DNA from: a virus
IMG/VR virus record: IMGVR_UViG_3300033182_000769
Span: 96,010 to 160,009 of that record
Length of the DNA: 64,000 bases
Strand: one strand, 5' to 3'
Below the pieces are notes generated by a model. It was not told the origin of the DNA and ran no database searches. It saw only the letters and a program-made list of their open reading frames with translations. The position numbers and the translations under genes are program-made. Positions 29,199 to 39,720 of the stretch are shown piece after piece; position 1 is the stretch's first letter, and each line of letters starts with the position of its first letter.

Positions 29199-31280
29199 AT
29201 GGACGCAGCGAACAATATTGCAACAGATTTATTCTACAAGGTACGTAGCAGATTTCAAGGATTAAAATTAGGTGAAGCCACTGGGCAGATCACAATAAAT
29301 CCTGAAAGCGCACGATTCTTTGATTTTGACTATACAGAAGGTGACAATGCTATTGGCCATGTCAGCATTAGTTTAGCAGAACCAAATAGTATGAAAGTTT
29401 ACTTTTCAACAGGCATCACTGAAGGTATGGATGACGGGCAAAAAGAAAACTGGTATAAATTTTTAAAAGAATTAAGAGAATTTGCAAAGAGACGTTTATT
29501 AGCATTTGATACACGTGATATCGCAAAGGACAATTTAGACAAAAGAGACTATACATTTTTAAGTCAAAACGCATTACAAAATAATCAAAAAACTGAGGTC
29601 GGAGAGAGTATGATGAACGAAAGTAACTTATACGGTACAAAAACAATGAGTTACCAAAAATTAGAGGATACACGTCTTATTATTAAGCATAGTAAAGCAG
29701 TAATGGACGATACAACACCTGGTGCAAGAAGTAGAAATATTTCAGCACTGTTTGTTGAAAACCAAGACGGTGAAAGATTTAAGTATCCTTTTGTACATTT
29801 AGCAGGTGCTCGTGCAATGCAACGTCACGTTGCTAATGGCGGTTTGCCATACGATGCAGTAGGCGAAAGTATTATTAAAATGAGCGAAGAGATTGCTCAG
29901 TTAAAAAGTTTTTCAAACTACGTTGTACGTAACGACTTAATGAACTCCGACACTAATGAAGTTGTTATGCGTGGTCAAATAAAACTTGATAGTTTAAGAG
30001 AAACAATTTCTAAAATTGCAAAACAAGCACATTATGAGGCTTATGTAGAAAACTTCCAGTCAGCAGATGCATATGAAATGTCAGACGAAATGATGGAAGA
30101 TTTTAAAAACAAATTCACAGTTAGATCTTTCAATGAAGAAATGACTGATGTTTTCCCGGTATTAGCGAGGCTTATGGCTGAAGAAACTACAGTAGGCTAT
30201 GACGACATAGTCGGAGAAACAAAAGAAGAGGATATTGAAGAAAAAGCAGATAAAGATCATATGGCAAACTTTGAAAATTGGGTTATGGGCTTAGGCGAAG
30301 ATAGTCCTATTCAAAGTTCAGACGATGATGAAAGACAAACTGCTATTAAGAGTTTAAATGCTCTTGTTGGCGAAGTATTTCCTGCAGGCATAGATGGTAT
30401 GAATGCGTTGGAAAGTTTGCACGGCATCATCGATGATCCAAGACTCGAACAAGACATTAAAAGACAAGCAAAGGAAAGTGCAGAATCGGATGTACGTCCG
30501 TTAGTTAAGGCATGGATTGAAGAAAACGCACCAGAAGCATTAGACCAACTCGACTTTGGTGATATGTCAGACGAACCAGCGGTAGGTGCAGATCAAATTG
30601 AACCGCCAACCGAAAGTACTGAGGAAGGTTTTGATCCAGACGAGTTCGATGGTGAGTTTGAAATGGAAGTCGGGGGAGACGACGGAGAAGAAGAAACTAT
30701 CTACGTAAGTTACATGGCAAAGGTAGAAGACGGTCGCCCAGTAGTTGATCCAGAATCGTTAAAGGCTTCATCTGCAGAAAGTAACCCAAGTGCAAGAGTT
30801 GATGACAGTTGGGCAAGTGAAATGGTATCACCTAACGGTGATGAACACGAACAAGCATTAGAGATTGCTCAACAAGATGCAGAAGAGCAGTGGGCAGAAC
30901 GTGATAACAAATACGATCAAGGCGAAAGCGCAGACGACCAAGAAGGCATGACAACTTCTAAATTGGCAGAATTTATTTTCAGTTTTTATGACAGAGAGTC
31001 AGGCACATTTCCTAAAGGACCAGAAGGTGTTGCTACTATGGTAGGCAAGAAGTTTGGCGAACAGGCCGAAGCGGCTGCTCGCAAAATGGTAGAGCGTATG
31101 GCACCAGTACAAGACCAAGGTGCCGAGTACGTCGAAGCACAGGCTGAACAAGAAGCAGACGATGAAAACGATAGCATCGCTAAGAAGATCAACTGGGGCG
31201 GCCAATACGATAAAGGCAACGATAACGATGATAATGATTCAGGTATGTTAGATCGACTTAAAAAACTTGCTGGTTTTTAA
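29199..31280 (+). CDS. Large acidic protein, probably head/core associated
   Basis: GARSRNI..LFVEN..GERF..HLAGARAMQRHV domain plus acidic region; late-promoter motif at the start. Confidence 0.6.
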   Translation: MDAANNIATDLFYKVRSRFQGLKLGEATGQITINPESARFFDFDYTEGDNAIGHVSISLAEPNSMKVYFSTGITEGMDDGQKENWYKFLKELREFAKRRLLAFDTRDIAKDNLDKRDYTFLSQNALQNNQKTEVGESMMNESNLYGTKTMSYQKLEDTRLIIKHSKAVMDDTTPGARSRNISALFVENQDGERFKYPFVHLAGARAMQRHVANGGLPYDAVGESIIKMSEEIAQLKSFSNYVVRNDLMNSDTNEVVMRGQIKLDSLRETISKIAKQAHYEAYVENFQSADAYEMSDEMMEDFKNKFTVRSFNEEMTDVFPVLARLMAEETTVGYDDIVGETKEEDIEEKADKDHMANFENWVMGLGEDSPIQSSDDDERQTAIKSLNALVGEVFPAGIDGMNALESLHGIIDDPRLEQDIKRQAKESAESDVRPLVKAWIEENAPEALDQLDFGDMSDEPAVGADQIEPPTESTEEGFDPDEFDGEFEMEVGGDDGEEETIYVSYMAKVEDGRPVVDPESLKASSAESNPSARVDDSWASEMVSPNGDEHEQALEIAQQDAEEQWAERDNKYDQGESADDQEGMTTSKLAEFIFSFYDRESGTFPKGPEGVATMVGKKFGEQAEAAARKMVERMAPVQDQGAEYVEAQAEQEADDENDSIAKKINWGGQYDKGNDNDDNDSGMLDRLKKLAGF

Positions 31281-31292
31281 GTAAACCCAACG

Positions 31293-31322
31293 TCCCCGCT
31301 CACAATGCGGGGATTTTTTTTG
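31293..31322 (+). terminator. Intrinsic terminator
   Basis: TCCCCGC-tcacaat-GCGGGGA-TTTTTTTT. Confidence 0.88.
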
Positions 31323-31341
31323 GCTAAAAATAAGTATTAGC

Positions 31342-32010
31342 ATGATTATACCGTTCATAGGACAAGACTTATTTGAAGTTAATCCAAACTATACAATTGT
31401 AGAGCAATCAAACACATTCTTAGTTATAGATAACTTCTATAAGAACTATGACGAAATTTTTAATGTTCTTAATAACATTCCTGCACCTGCGTGGAAGTAC
31501 ACTTCCAGAGATACAAAAAACTTTGTAGACTATTATGATTGTAGACCTACTATCGATATACGATTTTCTAACGGCTATCAACATATAGATGAAATACATC
31601 GTTTAATTTTTGGCAAATGGAATAGCGACACTGCTCAAATAGAAACAAAACCATATGAGTTCAACTATTTCAAAGTGATTAACAGTAATGTAAACGAAAC
31701 ACATCAAATGTTCCCACACGTTGATTACGATTACACTGCTATCATTTATCTTGATAAAATAGGAAATGGCGGCACAGCATTTTATGATATAGATGAGATA
31801 CCAAATAACGAAAATGAAAACTTATTAGTTGATGTATCAAGTTACACTAAGACAATCATAGAATCTAAACCAAACAGAATGTTGATTTTTAAAGGAGAAA
31901 CTCCACATGGAGGGTACATTCGTAACTACGATGCGTACTCTACAGATTGGAGAATTAATCAGGCGATCTTCTTCAAAAAATCGTTATTTACTATTGACAA
32001 TGATAAATAA
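31342..32010 (+). CDS. 2OG-Fe(II) oxygenase-like protein (DUF6445-like)
   Basis: IDNFY, PHVD, IIYL..GGTAFY, NRMLIF..PHG, RINQ. Confidence 0.75.
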   Translation: MIIPFIGQDLFEVNPNYTIVEQSNTFLVIDNFYKNYDEIFNVLNNIPAPAWKYTSRDTKNFVDYYDCRPTIDIRFSNGYQHIDEIHRLIFGKWNSDTAQIETKPYEFNYFKVINSNVNETHQMFPHVDYDYTAIIYLDKIGNGGTAFYDIDEIPNNENENLLVDVSSYTKTIIESKPNRMLIFKGETPHGGYIRNYDAYSTDWRINQAIFFKKSLFTIDNDK

Positions 32011-32022
32011 CGATAGCATAAT
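31994..32022 (+). promoter_or_regulatory. Overlapping sigma70 and late-type promoters for the SSB gene
   Basis: TTGACA-17-CATAAT, with ATAAATA inside the spacer. Confidence 0.65.
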
Positions 32023-32078
32023 ATGTATTATGCTTTAAAGGCATACATTTTTTATAAGGCAATAAGGAGGCTACAAAA

Positions 32079-33059
32079 ATGGCAACATTAGCAGAAATCC
32101 GTGCAAAACTTCAAGAAGCACAAAACAACGGCGGCAATAACCGCTCATTTACAGGCGGCGACAACGCCATTTACCCACACTGGAATATGCAAGAAGGCAA
32201 GGAAGCAGTAATTCGTTTCTTACCCGATGGCGATCCTAATAATACGTTCTTTTGGGTAGAACGTGCAATGATTAAACTCCCATTCGCAGGTATTAAAGGC
32301 GAAACCGATTCACGTAACACTATTGTTCAGGTACCGTGTGTTGAAATGTACAATGACGGCACTACTTGTCCAATCCTTTCAGAAGTGCGTGGATGGTTTA
32401 AAGATCCTGCACTTGAAGAAATGGGTCGTAAGTATTGGAAGAAGCGTTCGTATATCTTCCAAGGTTTTGTAGTTGAGGATCCACTTAACGAAGAAACCAC
32501 TCCAGAGAATCCTATCCGTAGATTTATCATCGGTCCACAAATTTTCCAGACTATCAAGTCTGCATTAATGGACCCAGAGTTGGACGAGTTGCCAACTGAT
32601 TACCTACGTGGTGTAGATTTCCGCATTGCTAAGACAAGCAAAGGCGGCTTTGCAGATTATTCAACTTCTAAATGGTCACGTCGTGAACGTGCTCTTAGTG
32701 AAGAAGAACAGGCTGCTATCGAAAAGCATGGTCTATTTAACTTGTCAGACTACTTACCTAAGAAGCCTACTGACGTTGAACTTCAAGTAATGAAGGAAAT
32801 GTTTGAAGCATCTGTAGATGGTGAGGCATACGATCCAGATCGTTGGTCACAATACTTCCGTCCAGCAGGTATGGCACAACGTACAGGTGATCCTAATGTA
32901 GCACCTGCACCAGCAGCGGCTCCAGCAGCAACTACTGCACCTGAGGCAGCACCAGTAGCAGAAACAGCACCGGTGGCTGAAGCAGCACCTGCAGAAGGTG
33001 GCGACAATGCAAGTCGTGCGCAAGATATTCTTGCAATGATTCGCAATCGTCAGCAGTAA
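32079..33059 (+). CDS. Single-stranded DNA-binding protein (T4 gp32-like)
   Basis: AVIRFLPD, C..CPI, YWKKRSY, G.DF.I.K..KGGFADYSTS; AGGAGG RBS. Confidence 0.9.
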   Translation: MATLAEIRAKLQEAQNNGGNNRSFTGGDNAIYPHWNMQEGKEAVIRFLPDGDPNNTFFWVERAMIKLPFAGIKGETDSRNTIVQVPCVEMYNDGTTCPILSEVRGWFKDPALEEMGRKYWKKRSYIFQGFVVEDPLNEETTPENPIRRFIIGPQIFQTIKSALMDPELDELPTDYLRGVDFRIAKTSKGGFADYSTSKWSRRERALSEEEQAAIEKHGLFNLSDYLPKKPTDVELQVMKEMFEASVDGEAYDPDRWSQYFRPAGMAQRTGDPNVAPAPAAAPAATTAPEAAPVAETAPVAEAAPAEGGDNASRAQDILAMIRNRQQ

Positions 33060-33138
33060 AAGGTTTAGTGGGAGTTCCGGCAAAAACCTCCATCCGGTAA
33101 TCAGCGAGGTCTCCCACTTTTAATTAGAGGAAGGTATT

Positions 33139-34209
33139 ATGGCAAAACCATTTGATATTTCAAAATTTAGAAAAACCCTTACCAAATCTATCGACGGTGT
33201 TGGTATTGGTTTCAATGATCCTACTGATTGGGTAGGTACAGGTAACTATGCACTGAATTACCTTATAAGCGGCGATTTTCATAGAGGAGTTCCGCTTGGC
33301 AAAGTAACGGTATTTGCAGGTGAATCAGGAGCAGGTAAATCTTATTTCGCTTCGGGAAATATTGTTAAAGCAGCACAGGAGCAAGGTATCTTTGTAGTAC
33401 TAATTGACTCTGAGAATGCTCTTGATGAGAAGTGGCTACACGCTCTTGGTGTAGATACTTCGGAAGAAAAATTACTAAAACTTAATATGGCAATGATTGA
33501 TGATGTTGCTAAAACAGTTTCAGAGTTTATGAAAGAATACAAGGATATGCCCGAAGAGGAACGTCCTAAAGTATTGTTTGTAATTGACTCGTTAGGTATG
33601 TTACTGACTCCAACAGATGTTGACCAGTTTGGCAAAGGCGACTTAAAAGGTGATATGGGCCGTAAGCCTAAAGCACTTACAGCACTTGTACGTAACTGTG
33701 TTAATATGTTTGGTAACTATAACGTTGGTATGGTAGCAACTAACCACACTTATGCATCGCAAGATATGTTTGACCCAGACGACAAGATTTCAGGCGGTCA
33801 AGGCTTTATCTACGCATCATCTATTGTAGTTGCAATGAAGAAGTTGAAACTTAAAGAAGATGAAGATGGTAATAAGACTTCAACTGTACAGGGTATTAGA
33901 GCGGCGTGTAAAGTAATGAAAACACGTTATGCTAAACCATTCGAAGGTGTACAGGTTAAAATTCCGTACGAAACAGGAATGGATCCGTATTCAGGATTAG
34001 TAGATCTGTTTGAGGCAAAGGGATTACTTAAAAAAGAAGGTAATCGACTTAAATACACAGACCTTAACGGCGAGGTACATTTAGAGTATCGCAAAAACTG
34101 GACTGGAGATAAACTTGATTTGATTATGCAAGATCTACTCAAGAACCCAGAACCAGATCAAGTCGAAGAGGTAAGTAACGAAGAACCTCAAGCGGAGACT
34201 ATTAAATGA
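33139..34209 (+). CDS. uvsX: RecA/UvsX recombinase
   Basis: GESGAGKS, IDSENA, VIDSLG, NHTY, SGGQG..YASS. Confidence 0.93.
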   Translation: MAKPFDISKFRKTLTKSIDGVGIGFNDPTDWVGTGNYALNYLISGDFHRGVPLGKVTVFAGESGAGKSYFASGNIVKAAQEQGIFVVLIDSENALDEKWLHALGVDTSEEKLLKLNMAMIDDVAKTVSEFMKEYKDMPEEERPKVLFVIDSLGMLLTPTDVDQFGKGDLKGDMGRKPKALTALVRNCVNMFGNYNVGMVATNHTYASQDMFDPDDKISGGQGFIYASSIVVAMKKLKLKEDEDGNKTSTVQGIRAACKVMKTRYAKPFEGVQVKIPYETGMDPYSGLVDLFEAKGLLKKEGNRLKYTDLNGEVHLEYRKNWTGDKLDLIMQDLLKNPEPDQVEEVSNEEPQAETIK

Positions 34210-34442
34210 ATGAAGATTTGATTGCTGACCTCTGGGCAACATTTGTTGATCATATCCCAGAAAAACAACGTAAAGATACTGCTTACGAATTTATCAACAC
34301 ATTACTTGATTATGGTGTTAAAGAAACTGTAATTGAAGGACTTATAGGTATAGATCCGTGGCTTGATGGCGCGGTTGAATACGCAATCGACGATGAAGAT
34401 TATTCATCAGATGTTGATCCAGATGATGACGACTGGGACTAA
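34206..34442 (+). CDS. Hypothetical acidic protein
   Basis: ATGA-coupled to uvsX. Confidence 0.65.
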   Translation: MNEDLIADLWATFVDHIPEKQRKDTAYEFINTLLDYGVKETVIEGLIGIDPWLDGAVEYAIDDEDYSSDVDPDDDDWD

Positions 34443-34451
34443 TTGTAATTT

Positions 34452-34910
34452 ATGACAAACTGGTACGACAAGGTTTCAAAAGATATTTCTGCAATTCCTG
34501 ACGCTGTTGAATACTTTAATACAGAGTTATTAGCAGCAAAGGCAGACCAGAAGGTATCTGGAAGAATTGAACGAATTGCAGCAGAAATGCCTGCTGTGGT
34601 CGAAACCAGATTTTCTCAATTACAAGAAATTGAAGCGATCTTAGAATATCTAAACATTGAACTTCGTCGTTTACGTTCTTCTCACTTCAGAAAGTATGTT
34701 GAAAATTATCAACGTGCTCTTAGTTCGCGAGATGCTGAAAAGTTTGTAGACGGCGAAGCCGATGTTGTAGATTTCGAAAAAATTATTAACGAGTTTGCAC
34801 TAATTCGTAACAAGTGGTTAGGTGTAATTAAAGGTTTAGATATTAAACAATGGCAGGTTAGTAACATTGTTAAATTAAGGACCGCAGGATTAGACGACGC
34901 AACCCTCTAA
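34452..34910 (+). CDS. uvsY: Recombination mediator UvsY-like
   Basis: Helical; Y.RALSSRDAEKFVDGE, KGLDIKQWQ.SNIVKLRTAG. Confidence 0.75.
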   Translation: MTNWYDKVSKDISAIPDAVEYFNTELLAAKADQKVSGRIERIAAEMPAVVETRFSQLQEIEAILEYLNIELRRLRSSHFRKYVENYQRALSSRDAEKFVDGEADVVDFEKIINEFALIRNKWLGVIKGLDIKQWQVSNIVKLRTAGLDDATL

Positions 34911-35521
34911 TATTTAAAATTAAAAAAGTTAATAGGCTTTTCGTAATATTTTCTTACGATATCTACTGTTTCAGTATTATACATATCTTGATAGTGTTTG
35001 TTGTCTCTAAGATTTCCTTTTAACTTAATTTTATTTTTTAACTCATCATTGTAAACAATACCTAATACATTACACACATCTTTCATGTCATCATTTAAAG
35101 AATCGTGTATCATAACTTTATCTACAACTAAATTATCATTCTCATCAGTATAAAGACTCCAGTCGTCTTTGAAGCAATGTTGCTTATTAGATTTAACAAA
35201 TCCATCAAAACCGTTTTTGACTTTTTTAGGTTTGTAACTTTTTATGTAGTAATATAAACTTACAACCTTATCCCATGAATTTCTTTCAACTGTAAATTTA
35301 TAGTAGTCGTTCCACTCTTGTGGGAACTGTTCTTCTATAAATCGCCATCCTTCATGTTCGCAGTCTCCTTCCATGCCAACCGGTGGCATTCCTTCAGGAG
35401 GCATTCCTGCAAATACATAATCGGTACCTGCTATACTATCTAATAAAAATTTTTCAACACTTGATCCGGCAGTTTTTCGAGTTTTAATAAAAATAAATTT
35501 GTACTTGTGTGAGATGATCAT
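34907..35521 (-). CDS. Sulfotransferase family protein
   Basis: FIFIKTRKTAGSS (5'-PSB motif), RNSWDKVVSLY (3'-PB motif). Confidence 0.85.
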   Translation of the reverse strand: MIISHKYKFIFIKTRKTAGSSVEKFLLDSIAGTDYVFAGMPPEGMPPVGMEGDCEHEGWRFIEEQFPQEWNDYYKFTVERNSWDKVVSLYYYIKSYKPKKVKNGFDGFVKSNKQHCFKDDWSLYTDENDNLVVDKVMIHDSLNDDMKDVCNVLGIVYNDELKNKIKLKGNLRDNKHYQDMYNTETVDIVRKYYEKPINFFNFKY

Positions 35522-35560
35522 AAAACTATTTATTCATAAACTGCGCATATAAATATGTGC

Positions 35561-36319
35561 ATGAAAGTAGTTATTGTTACAGGTGGTTTTGACCCCATTC
35601 ACTCAGGTCATATTTCGTATATTAAAGCAGCAAAACAATTAGGCGATAAACTAATTGTTGGGCTTAATTCAGATGCTTGGTTAGAACGTAAAAAGGGTAG
35701 AAGTTTTATGCCTTGGGAGGAACGTGCTACAATTTTAGAAGCACTTGCTGATGTCGATCGTGTTATTGTATTTGATGATAGTGATAATACAGCCAAGGGT
35801 GCTATTATTAAAATTAGAAACATTTATCCAGAAGCACACATTGTATTCGCCAACGGAGGTGATAGAACATCTGACAATATTCCTGAAATGGATATTAACG
35901 ACGGCAACACTTCGTTTGAATTTAGTGTTGGCGGCGATGACAAAAAGAACTCAAGCAGTTGGATCCTTACAGAATGGAAAGCACCAAAGACAGAACGTGT
36001 TTGGGGTTACTATCGTGTACTGCATGAAGTAGAAGGCTGTAAAGTAAAAGAACTTACAGTTGATCCTGGTAAAAGTTTGTCAATGCAAAAGCACAGATGG
36101 CGGAACGAGTATTGGCTTGTTAGCGAAGGTAAATGTGTTGTTAATAGTAAGTTAGCGAGCGGGTACACCATTCCTCCTAAGCAACTTGAAAAGCACGACG
36201 AGTATACAATACTATGCGGCGATTGGCATCAACTAACTAATCCGTTTGACGAGCCATGCAGAGTTGTAGAAATACAGTACGGAAAACTCTGCGAAGAAGA
36301 GGATATTGAGAGAGAATGA
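35561..36319 (+). CDS. Cytidylyltransferase-family (RfaE/TagD-like) domain fused to a mannose-6-phosphate-isomerase-type cupin
   Basis: TGGFDPIHSGH, ANGGDR, SSS; R.WG.Y, LSMQKH..R.EYW, EIQYG..EEDIER. Confidence 0.88.
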   Translation: MKVVIVTGGFDPIHSGHISYIKAAKQLGDKLIVGLNSDAWLERKKGRSFMPWEERATILEALADVDRVIVFDDSDNTAKGAIIKIRNIYPEAHIVFANGGDRTSDNIPEMDINDGNTSFEFSVGGDDKKNSSSWILTEWKAPKTERVWGYYRVLHEVEGCKVKELTVDPGKSLSMQKHRWRNEYWLVSEGKCVVNSKLASGYTIPPKQLEKHDEYTILCGDWHQLTNPFDEPCRVVEIQYGKLCEEEDIERE

Positions 36320-37116
36320 CCCGCTGGACATTTATTAGTAAAGGCGGAGAGGATCCTTACATAAATGCGTTCTGTAAAGGAACAAATGGTCGCTTGGTAG
36401 ATTCTGATAGTTTCAATTATGACGATTCAAGTGAACCAATTGTATTAAGAGGAATACTAAAGAAGAAAATTATTAAACAATGTTGGGAAAACAATCGTGA
36501 TTTTTACTATATGGATACTGGCTACTTTGGAAATGAAACAAATGTTAGAAATCCAAACGGATGGAAATATTGGCATCGAATTGTAAAAAATAATCTACAG
36601 CATAATGAAATTGTTGATCGCCCGTCAGACAGATTTGAAAGATTAGGAAAACAGTTCTCGCCTTGGAGAACATCAGGCCGTAATATTCTAATTGCCGCAC
36701 CAGACGAAAAACCTATGAAGTTTTATGGTTTAGACTTAGATACATGGATTGACGAAACTGTTACAACAATTAAAAAATATACAGATAGGCCTGTCATTGT
36801 TCGCCGTCGCGACAAGAATCGTATTAATAGAATACAAAATGATACACTGGAAGAAGCATTAAAAGATACATTCGCATTGGTAACATTTAATAGTAATGCT
36901 GCAACTGAAAGTATTTTTTACGGTGTTCCTGTTTTTACATTAGCACCAGTTCATGCTGCAAGACCAGTTGCGTCAACAGATTTAAGCCAAATAGAACGTC
37001 CTTACTACCCGAGTGAAGATAAATTATTTAAGTGGGGATGCCACTTGGCATACGGCCAGTTTCACATGAGCGAACTCAAATCAGGAAAAGCAAAAGAAAT
37101 GTTGGAGGAGCAATGA
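36316..37116 (+). CDS. Capsule-synthesis-like (KpsS/KpsC-type) GT-B protein, paralogue 1
   Basis: YYMDTGY, VTFNSNAATESIFYGVPVF, LAYGQF. Confidence 0.6.
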   Translation: MTRWTFISKGGEDPYINAFCKGTNGRLVDSDSFNYDDSSEPIVLRGILKKKIIKQCWENNRDFYYMDTGYFGNETNVRNPNGWKYWHRIVKNNLQHNEIVDRPSDRFERLGKQFSPWRTSGRNILIAAPDEKPMKFYGLDLDTWIDETVTTIKKYTDRPVIVRRRDKNRINRIQNDTLEEALKDTFALVTFNSNAATESIFYGVPVFTLAPVHAARPVASTDLSQIERPYYPSEDKLFKWGCHLAYGQFHMSELKSGKAKEMLEEQ

Positions 37117-37832
37117 TTAGAATTTTTATTGGCTACGACTCAAATGAAGTAGTAGCATATCACACACTATGTCACAGTATTTTAAGACACAGTTCGCAGC
37201 CGGTGTCATTTACACCAATTGCAAGAAATACCATCGAAAATTTATATAAAAAACCTAAAGGCGAAAAAGAGTCAACTGAGTTTTCGTTGACACGTTTCCT
37301 TGTACCTTACCTATCTGACTTCCACGGTTGGTCTATCTTTATGGACTGCGATATGCTTGTTACAGAAGATATTGCAAATTTATGGAACTTAAGAAATGCC
37401 GACAATGCAGTTATGTGTGTGCAACACGACTATTCTCCAACTACGACACGTAAGTTTTTGAATCAAGAACAAACAGTCTATCCTAAGAAAAATTGGTCAA
37501 GTGTAATGATGTTTAACAACAATTTATGCAGAGCATTGACACCGACATACGTTGAAGAAGCAAGTGGTTTAGAACTACATCAATTTAAGTGGTTAGAAGA
37601 TGCTGACGGTTTGGTAGGAGCACTTCCACCTAAATGGAACTTCTTAGTAGGCGAAGAACAAATGTATGACGAAGGAGTTCCAAGTCTTATACATTACACA
37701 CTTGGCGGACCGTACTTTAACGACCACAGAGATGTTGATTATGCAGACTTGTGGTACGAAGAAAATCGTTTAGCAAATCATGCAACACAGATTACTACGG
37801 AATACACAGAACAAATGATCAAGGGTAAGTAA
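37113..37832 (+). CDS. GT-A glycosyltransferase
   Basis: IFIGYD, STEFSLTRF, FMDCD (DxD), KNWSS, HYTLGGP. Confidence 0.85.
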   Translation: MIRIFIGYDSNEVVAYHTLCHSILRHSSQPVSFTPIARNTIENLYKKPKGEKESTEFSLTRFLVPYLSDFHGWSIFMDCDMLVTEDIANLWNLRNADNAVMCVQHDYSPTTTRKFLNQEQTVYPKKNWSSVMMFNNNLCRALTPTYVEEASGLELHQFKWLEDADGLVGALPPKWNFLVGEEQMYDEGVPSLIHYTLGGPYFNDHRDVDYADLWYEENRLANHATQITTEYTEQMIKGK

Positions 37833-38614
37833 TGCCAAAGGATCCAGATAAAATTTCAATAGAAGAGAAGTTTGTAGCAAGTACAAATGGGGCTCTTACA
37901 ACTGACATCAACAGCGACAAGCCGTTAGTTGTTAGAGGTGTTACTTCTAAAACTGAAATGGATATTTGTGAAGAACAAGGCAGAGACTATTATTACATCG
38001 ATACTGGATATGTAGGGAATTTTCCAAGTATAGGTAACCCTAAAGGTGCAAAAATTTGGCATCGTATTGTAAAAAATAAAATGCAGCATGACGTTATAGA
38101 ATCTGCTCCTGATGATCGTTGGAACAATTTAATTTCGCAAGATCCTAACCTTAAGTTTAAAGGTTGGAAGAAACATGAAAATAAAATTCTATTTGTTCCA
38201 CCAAATCCTAAGGCGTGTAAAGCATTTAACATTGATTATCAAGAATGGATGGAAACAACAAAGCATACTATTGAACAAACGACTGATATTCCCATAGAAG
38301 TTCGTATAAAAGGATCTCGTTCAGAAAGAAATCATGCAAATACAATTTATGATGCATTACAAGGAACTTATGCAGTAGTGACTTTTAATAGCATAGCAGC
38401 ACTTGAAGCAATACTATTTGGAGTACCGGCTTTTGTCGCTGTTCCGTGCGCGGCAAGTCCATTAGCATCAAATAACTTAAACGATTTAACGAAACCGTTT
38501 TACCCGTCAGCAGGAAAAATAATCCAACAATGTAAAAATATCGCATACGGTCAGTTTACTGTTGATGAAATTGAAAATGGTACTGCTTGGAATATTTTGC
38601 AGGAACGATCATGA
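37832..38614 (+). CDS. Capsule-synthesis-like GT-B protein, paralogue 2
   Basis: YYIDTGY, VTFNSIAALEAILFGVP, IAYGQF. Confidence 0.6.
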   Translation: MPKDPDKISIEEKFVASTNGALTTDINSDKPLVVRGVTSKTEMDICEEQGRDYYYIDTGYVGNFPSIGNPKGAKIWHRIVKNKMQHDVIESAPDDRWNNLISQDPNLKFKGWKKHENKILFVPPNPKACKAFNIDYQEWMETTKHTIEQTTDIPIEVRIKGSRSERNHANTIYDALQGTYAVVTFNSIAALEAILFGVPAFVAVPCAASPLASNNLNDLTKPFYPSAGKIIQQCKNIAYGQFTVDEIENGTAWNILQERS

Positions 38615-39720
38615 AATTATTACTTAACGATAAAGAAATTGCGCACTATCTAACTTCGTTAATAGACCTTACGCCTGATGTTAAGTCCGGGGTTGAGTTT
38701 AATAATCTTGAAATTGCAGAAGTTGTAGTTGTTTTTAAAAGTCAACAAAGAAACAAACCTCATAAGCAAAGAAAGTTAAATCTTAAAGGTAAACAAAAGA
38801 TATATCATAAAATTAAACGTGCTACTGAAAAAGATGTCAAACAATATTTTAAAGATATTAAAGAACGAATTGTAGTTTGTAAAAATTTAAAGTTTCATGA
38901 GATACATAACAACATAGAATATTTTATTGAAACTCTCGGAAAAGAAAAAATCTTTGATCTTTACAAAAAAGACAAACATCAAGTCGACTTTGTTAAAGGT
39001 ACAGGTTTATCTCTTGATAAATCTGGAGAGTTTATTAGACGTAAAGAATTTAAAGACTACACCAACGACTGCTTAATTAGAAATACTGTCGGAAATGAAG
39101 AATTATTGGTCACTAAGATTGATAACAACTATCCTATGTGGTTTATTGATAGTGGTTATACAAATTTCTTAGAAACAAATAAAAAGTGGCATAGATTAGT
39201 TCGTAATCATTTACACTTTGGCAAATATTTTGATGCTCCGTCGGATAGGTTAGGTAATATCAAAGAATTTCCTAAACCATGGCGAAATGATGGAGAAATT
39301 ATCTATATTATTGAGCCGGGACCGTTTGCAGCGGCAATATTTCATGCAGATTTAAAAACTTGGAAGTACGAAGTTGCAAAAGAACTTAGAAAATACACAG
39401 ACAAGCGGATTGTTTTCCGTAAAAAAGCACCAAAGCGTAATAGACCAAGTCTAATAGAACAATTACAGAACGAAGACTATCATTGTATCGTTAGTTTAAA
39501 CAGTAATGCCGCTACAGAGGCAATTTGGCAAGGAATTCCTGTAATTACACTTGGAACACACATTACAAATCCAGTTAGTAGAAATAACTTAGCGGATATT
39601 GACAATTTATACAAAGGACCTTTAGGTAACTGGCTGGCGTATCTAAGTTATAGTCAGTTTTCAAAGGAAGAATTACTAAATGGTACCGCACAAGAGATTG
39701 TAAGGAAGTATCATGTCTAA
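38611..39720 (+). CDS. Capsule-synthesis-like GT-B protein, paralogue 3
   Basis: FIDSGY, SLNSNAATEAIWQGIPV, LSYSQF. Confidence 0.6.
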   Translation: MKLLLNDKEIAHYLTSLIDLTPDVKSGVEFNNLEIAEVVVVFKSQQRNKPHKQRKLNLKGKQKIYHKIKRATEKDVKQYFKDIKERIVVCKNLKFHEIHNNIEYFIETLGKEKIFDLYKKDKHQVDFVKGTGLSLDKSGEFIRRKEFKDYTNDCLIRNTVGNEELLVTKIDNNYPMWFIDSGYTNFLETNKKWHRLVRNHLHFGKYFDAPSDRLGNIKEFPKPWRNDGEIIYIIEPGPFAAAIFHADLKTWKYEVAKELRKYTDKRIVFRKKAPKRNRPSLIEQLQNEDYHCIVSLNSNAATEAIWQGIPVITLGTHITNPVSRNNLADIDNLYKGPLGNWLAYLSYSQFSKEELLNGTAQEIVRKYHV

